Source: Porphyridium purpureum (taxonomy: Eukaryota). From it: a stretch of 64,000 bases of DNA. Both the position numbers and the translations under genes were made by a program. Of this stretch, positions 59,541-64,000 are shown in pieces (positions within the stretch are counted from its first letter, which is position 1; each line of letters opens with the position of its first letter). The stretch covers positions 2,170,001 through 2,234,000 of the forward strand of contig VRMN01000002.1 of the NCBI GenBank assembly GCA_008690995.1, given 5' to 3'. The notes below the pieces were generated by a model. The model did no database searches. It was given only the letters and a program-made list of their open reading frames with translations, and was not told where the DNA came from.

Positions 59541-61007
59541 ATGGAGCGCGCAGTGCTTCTGGATGATCGTGCGGAGCAGCTGGTGTGCGATGTGCAGCTG
59601 AGCGCGTATCGTCAGGACGGCGCCGCGGTGGCGCCTGTGGTGTCGGTGTCCGAGGTGTCAGGAATGACAATGGCCGAGCTGCGCTGTGTGCTGCTCCGCG
59701 ACACGGCGCGCGACGTATTGTGCATGTACGTGCTCTCTGCAGAAGACGCCACTGTGGGACAGGCGTATCCTGCAAAGTATTCTGCCCAGGCCGCGCTGCT
59801 CTTTTGGGAATGTACGGCCGCCCTGTACCATGACTTCAAGGCAAAACAGGCGCTGCGAGTGCGGTACAATGCGCTTCACTTGCACGTGGCCCGGCTACTA
59901 CACCTCGCGGCAGATCCAGACTCGTCGTATCGTGCCATCCTTCTCTCGGCTGATCAACATGAGCGACAAGGAAACGACGACGTTGACGCGCATGCGCAGC
60001 TCTTAATTATCGAACTCGGCGAGTTCAAGGCTATCAATCACATCACCATCCCACTGGTTCGCGCAGACGACCACTATATGCGCCGGTACCTCGGCCGAAA
60101 GTTGGAGCTGGCGTTTCAGAAAATCGAGCAGTTCCAGGAGCAGAATGCGCAGCTCGGTGACGAACTGCGTTGCGCAAAGCAAGAGCTACGAAGTGTGGAG
60201 GAACAGTCCCGCATTCATCGTCAACACATGGCACAAGCAGAGTCAGAACACACTGCGTTGAGCAAGGAGAGAGACGAACTGATGGCGATGGTCGCGACCC
60301 TCAAGGAATCACAGCAGGTGCTCGAGTCGACGCTGGCGTTGAGCCGAGCGGCCACCGTGGATCTCGAGGCGGAGAAGCAACGGACAGCTTCATTAGAAGG
60401 GGCTGTGCAGGAGCGCACAAACCTGGTGGAAGCCTTGCGTGCGCGAGTTGATCAGGCCGAGCGGGAACGCGACGAGATGCGAGCTGAGAATGTGCAATTG
60501 GCGTCGCGATTGGCCGATGCGATGGCCCAGGTGCAGGATCGCAAGCACGACCACGACGAGCTGAGCGCACTGAACAATGAGCTGCAAATACGCGTGACAG
60601 AGCTTGAGGCCTCGCACGCCTCGCAAGAATCGATTCTTGCAAGCGCTGACCAGGAGGCCCGGGCGCGCGACGCCGAGCTTGCCGAGCTAAGAAAACGCGC
60701 CGATGCAGCCATTGCCGGACATGATTTGCACGCGGCCGAGCTCGCGTCTCTACGCGAACAGCTCGCGCAGGCGCAATCCGAGATCAGGCACCTTCAAAGG
60801 AACAGCGCGAACGACCAACGCGTGATTTCGTGGCTCAATCGGGAGCTGAACATCAGCGCTCGCGCATCCACGGCATCCCGCGGCGCGACAAACGAGCTCC
60901 GTGTGCCTATCCCCAGTTCCAGTGCCCCGCAAAGCGCGGCTCCTCGTGGTGCGCCGATCGCCGCTGCCACGCACGCACCAGGAGGCGCAGTCACGGCTCA
61001 CCCGTGA
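59541..61007 (+). CDS. SAS6: SAS-6-like centriole cartwheel protein (head domain plus long coiled coil), 488 aa
   Basis: PISA-like YHDFKAKQALRVRYNAL...LL; LLIIELGEFKAINHITIPL...DD...RYL (compare LNVVETNPFKHLTHLSLKL); about 250-aa coiled coil ending VISWLNRELN. Confidence 0.8.
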   Translation: MERAVLLDDRAEQLVCDVQLSAYRQDGAAVAPVVSVSEVSGMTMAELRCVLLRDTARDVLCMYVLSAEDATVGQAYPAKYSAQAALLFWECTAALYHDFKAKQALRVRYNALHLHVARLLHLAADPDSSYRAILLSADQHERQGNDDVDAHAQLLIIELGEFKAINHITIPLVRADDHYMRRYLGRKLELAFQKIEQFQEQNAQLGDELRCAKQELRSVEEQSRIHRQHMAQAESEHTALSKERDELMAMVATLKESQQVLESTLALSRAATVDLEAEKQRTASLEGAVQERTNLVEALRARVDQAERERDEMRAENVQLASRLADAMAQVQDRKHDHDELSALNNELQIRVTELEASHASQESILASADQEARARDAELAELRKRADAAIAGHDLHAAELASLREQLAQAQSEIRHLQRNSANDQRVISWLNRELNISARASTASRGATNELRVPIPSSSAPQSAAPRGAPIAAATHAPGGAVTAHP

Positions 61008-61347
61008 ATGGGGGTTATGCCGCGCGGCTCACGACAACGCTCCCGAAGCACAGTGTCGGTCTATATAAAAACTGGCATGTTTCAGTATGAACGCGCGTAA
61101 CGGCTCGCGCATGTTTTGCGCAACGATAAAATATCCGGTGCGCAGGCGTTTGCTCTGGCGCTGCAAGTCAGACCGTGAACTGTGTCTTGCTTGCAAAGCG
61201 TGAGCCAAACTATCAGTTGAGCAGATGAAGGCTCGTTGCAGTGCATCGATGCCTCTGAGGTAGACCCTTTTATCGCCGGCCGAGAGACGAAGAGAAAGGG
61301 AAGACCGAGGAAAAGGGTGGAGGTATTGAGTCAAGCGTACGCGCAAG

Positions 61348-61620
61348 ATGGTGGCAGGACGCGGCGCAGCTGGCCATCCGGCCGTGGAAAAAGCGCACTC
61401 CGAATTTGCGGAGAAGGAGCTCGAAGTGGTGGGCTCGGCCGTGAAGACGGCCGGGGAGACCGTGTATGGAGGAGTCAAGGCGGCCGGCGAGGCCGTCATC
61501 CATGGCGGTGAAGCGGTGGTTCATGGCTTGGAAGGGATGCCCGCGCACATGGGTCTGCCTGGCACAGAGACACCGCCCGCGGCCGCCGCAGAGAAGACGG
61601 TCGGCACGGAGGACAAGTGA
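61348..61620 (+). CDS. Small Gly/Ala/Val-rich repeat protein, LEA-like
   Basis: 11-mer-like repeats VKTAGETVYGG / VKAAGEAVIHG. Confidence 0.5.
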   Translation: MVAGRGAAGHPAVEKAHSEFAEKELEVVGSAVKTAGETVYGGVKAAGEAVIHGGEAVVHGLEGMPAHMGLPGTETPPAAAAEKTVGTEDK

Positions 61621-61970
61621 TGCTAGTGGTCGTGAATGTCATTAAATACGTTATTCCATGTTTATTCGTTTTTGCAGGGCGATTTTCTTCTTTTCTCCGG
61701 ACCAGCTCCGAAGGACAACGGGGGGAGCCCTGCAGTGATGCAGAGCTTCATATCATCATTTGGACTTCAATTTTTCACACAAATCGGTGGCACATGCGTT
61801 CGCAAAGAGTGTTCACATTTCCACAAGACTTTCACAGGGCCAAGTGCTCTCCAGCGGCCACACACTGGCAAAGCAAAAAAAGAGGAAACAAAAGAACAAT
61901 GGAATCCAAAAAAGGAGGCACGCATGCATACGGCGCAGCCACTCACGAAATAACCAAGCGCGCGTCAATG

Positions 61971-62312
61971 TCACAGCAAGGTATTCTCCTTCACAATCAT
62001 CGCCTTTTCAATGATGAACTTGTTTTCCTTGTACTTTTGGGAATCTTCGAATGCTTCGAGGTACTTCCAGCCAAGCACGCTCTCGCACACGTTGCAATAG
62101 ATGTCTGCGACCGTGTGCAGTCCCGTGATAAGCGTGCGGTTCTCTTTAGGACCCATGGACACATTCACAACGCTGGTGAAAAGGTACGCCTTGCCCTTTC
62201 TGCCCTGGAAGGACTTACTCATGATGTCCTCATGGCACGCCAAATGCGAGTGGCACGTGACACACATGTAAACCTTGTTTCCGCTCAAATACGCCTTGTA
62301 CAGTCGACCCAT
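61971..62312 (-). CDS. Yippee-like (YPEL) zinc-binding protein
   Basis: MGRL...[22 protein letters not shown]...[24 protein letters not shown]. Confidence 0.95.
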   Translation of the reverse strand: MGRLYKAYLSGNKVYMCVTCHSHLACHEDIMSKSFQGRKGKAYLFTSVVNVSMGPKENRTLITGLHTVADIYCNVCESVLGWKYLEAFEDSQKYKENKFIIEKAMIVKENTLL

Positions 62313-63621
62313 TTGTGGACCCTCCTTCTCGCCAGTCGCGCACACCCTTCTCTGTCGAAAGTTCAGACAAAGACGTGAAAGCCGGTGGGCGGCCCAGAAG
62401 AAAGCGAATCACGCCAAGGTCAAGAGCAAAAACAGAAAGAAAGCGCGGCACTGTGGAATCTCCAATGAAGGCAATGTACGCGAATCTCCACGCACGCGCG
62501 GCGCATCAGCCGCTGAATTCCGTTCGTCTTGTGTTCAAGTTGCTCTGCCACTGCACAGAATTGGTACGGCGCCTGCGTTTTCTGTGCGTATGGAGGACCG
62601 TCCGCTGACACTGCTCCTTGATGAACTCCCAGGTAGAGAGCCCGCACGCCGTGTCACTGCGCGCGGGTTCTGGGAAATGAGCGTGGCTGTGAAGCAGCGT
62701 GAGAAAAGAGACAGGACAGCAATGACGACAGCCCCGCCTTGCTACAAGTCCCACAGCAGAAGCGAATCAGATGAGCGCCTCGACGCTTAAGAAAACACCT
62801 CCCCAGCGTGTTCGGCAACCGCACCAGCAGACGCGCAGAGCCAAGCCAAGCCTCTGCAGCAGAACGAACCCACCCGCAACTCGAGACACAGGGCGTTGAA
62901 CTGTGCACGTACCACGTCACGCAATGCGCCTGGAGCACCTTTCCCCCCGCGTTCTCCCTCAGCGACTCCAGCACACTTCTGCAGCCCCAACACACTGTCG
63001 CGATGAGAACACCCCCACGTGCGCGCTGGCCTCCCGACTGCCACCCCAGAATTGAACTTGCAACGTCTGCGCGCGGCCTCCTGCTGTCTCCGTCCCTCTC
63101 TCCCTCTCCCCTCTCTTCCAACCGCTCCGAAGATCTCGCGGCAACTCAAAGAATAAACCGCCCCAGTGCGAACTTGCTAGTAAAGTAGCCGAATTTGCCA
63201 CAAATACTCGCAAGCCACGTTCCATTCCGCGATCCTGTGCGCTGTACCTGGAGGTACAGTGCCGGATCGGTAGCTGCATGGCACGCGTGGCAGTGAGGCT
63301 CTCGAACACAGCTCGCCTTGCATCGACGTGCGCAGCTGTGCGTGCCCGCTGCGTTCGGACAGCGATGCCAGGAGATGCCCGTTGGTCTTTTACATCAGCT
63401 CGATCTACTCATGTTCAGAATGCTCCATTTCTTTTCGGCTCCTGCGTCGCCTGGTCGAGTTCTACACTTAGATGCCTTTTAGTTATTGTTGAGCACGGCC
63501 CCGGAAGACCCGAACGGGTCCAGTTGGGACGCGAGTTTGCTGTTTCTAATATGAGGGGTGTCTCGTACGGGCCTCGCACCTGGGCCACGTGGATGAAAAC
63601 GGTCAAGGAATTCAAGCCGTG

Positions 63622-64000
63622 CTACTGTGCGCATTGCACTAACATCGCTCCGAGATCTGCTTGCTCGCCTTCAATGCAGGTGTGGAGCCGGTTGCGCAAG
63701 CGCACGAGCTCCACAACATCTACGCCTGCTTCAAGGAGCGCACGCCGTCCGTCTGCCGCATCTGGCGCGTCGCTGCACAAAATCGTCGCCATAATCTCGG
63801 CCTGCTGAAACTCGAACTGCTGCTCCGAAATCAGCAAGTTGTACTTGAGGAGCTCCAACATCTCGCGCTCCAAAAAGTTCAGCTCCTCAAGCAGGAGACC
63901 GCCCATCTTGGCGAAGAACTTGTTGTTGTAAAAGCGGTCCTCATAAAACTTGTTTGAGATAAGGACGGCCGAGATGAGAAGGCGGTGCACCGTGTAGACA
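63622..64000 (-). CDS. P/U-type (PHO80-like) cyclin, C-terminal part (starts beyond the window)
   Basis: VHRLLISAVLISNKFYEDRFYNNKFFAKMGG...ELNFLE. Confidence 0.9.
   Translation of the reverse strand, partial: VYTVHRLLISAVLISNKFYEDRFYNNKFFAKMGGLLLEELNFLEREMLELLKYNLLISEQQFEFQQAEIMATILCSDAPDAADGRRALLEAGVDVVELVRLRNRLHTCIEGEQADLGAMLVQCAQ

Overview
Eukaryotic nuclear DNA that is GC-rich, gene-dense and almost intron-free. It is probably from a unicellular red alga such as Porphyridium; this is inferred from the gene style, an MA-x-F plastid-type presequence and an RWP-RK factor. Positions 1-28877 are one block of very young, nested LTR retrotransposons, all on the minus strand. Element A forms a head-to-tail array (period 5636 bp, at least 3 units sharing single 297-bp LTRs). 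It is an unusual Copia-order element (PR-INT-RT-RH, half-tRNA-iMet PBS) whose Gag and protease look Ty3/Gypsy-type, and whose integrase is followed by a Cys-rich module and a Myb/SANT-like domain. The third A unit is split by Gypsy element B (288-bp LTRs, 4-bp TSD, gag-UGA-pol in one frame, chromodomain, a hairpin where the PBS should be). B is in turn split by Gypsy element C (291-bp LTRs with heat-shock-element arrays, 5-bp TSD, A-AAA-AAC -1 frameshift site, duplicated PBS). Positions 29010-64000 are host genes: a plastid flavin oxidoreductase, an ABCD transporter, flotillin, TBCA (one intron), RPS23, V-ATPase B, an RWP-RK/PAS factor, a PAK kinase, a SAS-6 homologue, Yippee, a P/U-type cyclin and several unknowns. 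The main leads are the chimeric Myb-bearing Copia element with its tandem array, and a centriole cartwheel protein (SAS-6) in what appears to be a lineage without centrioles. All family assignments are by-eye motif recognition, not database searches.
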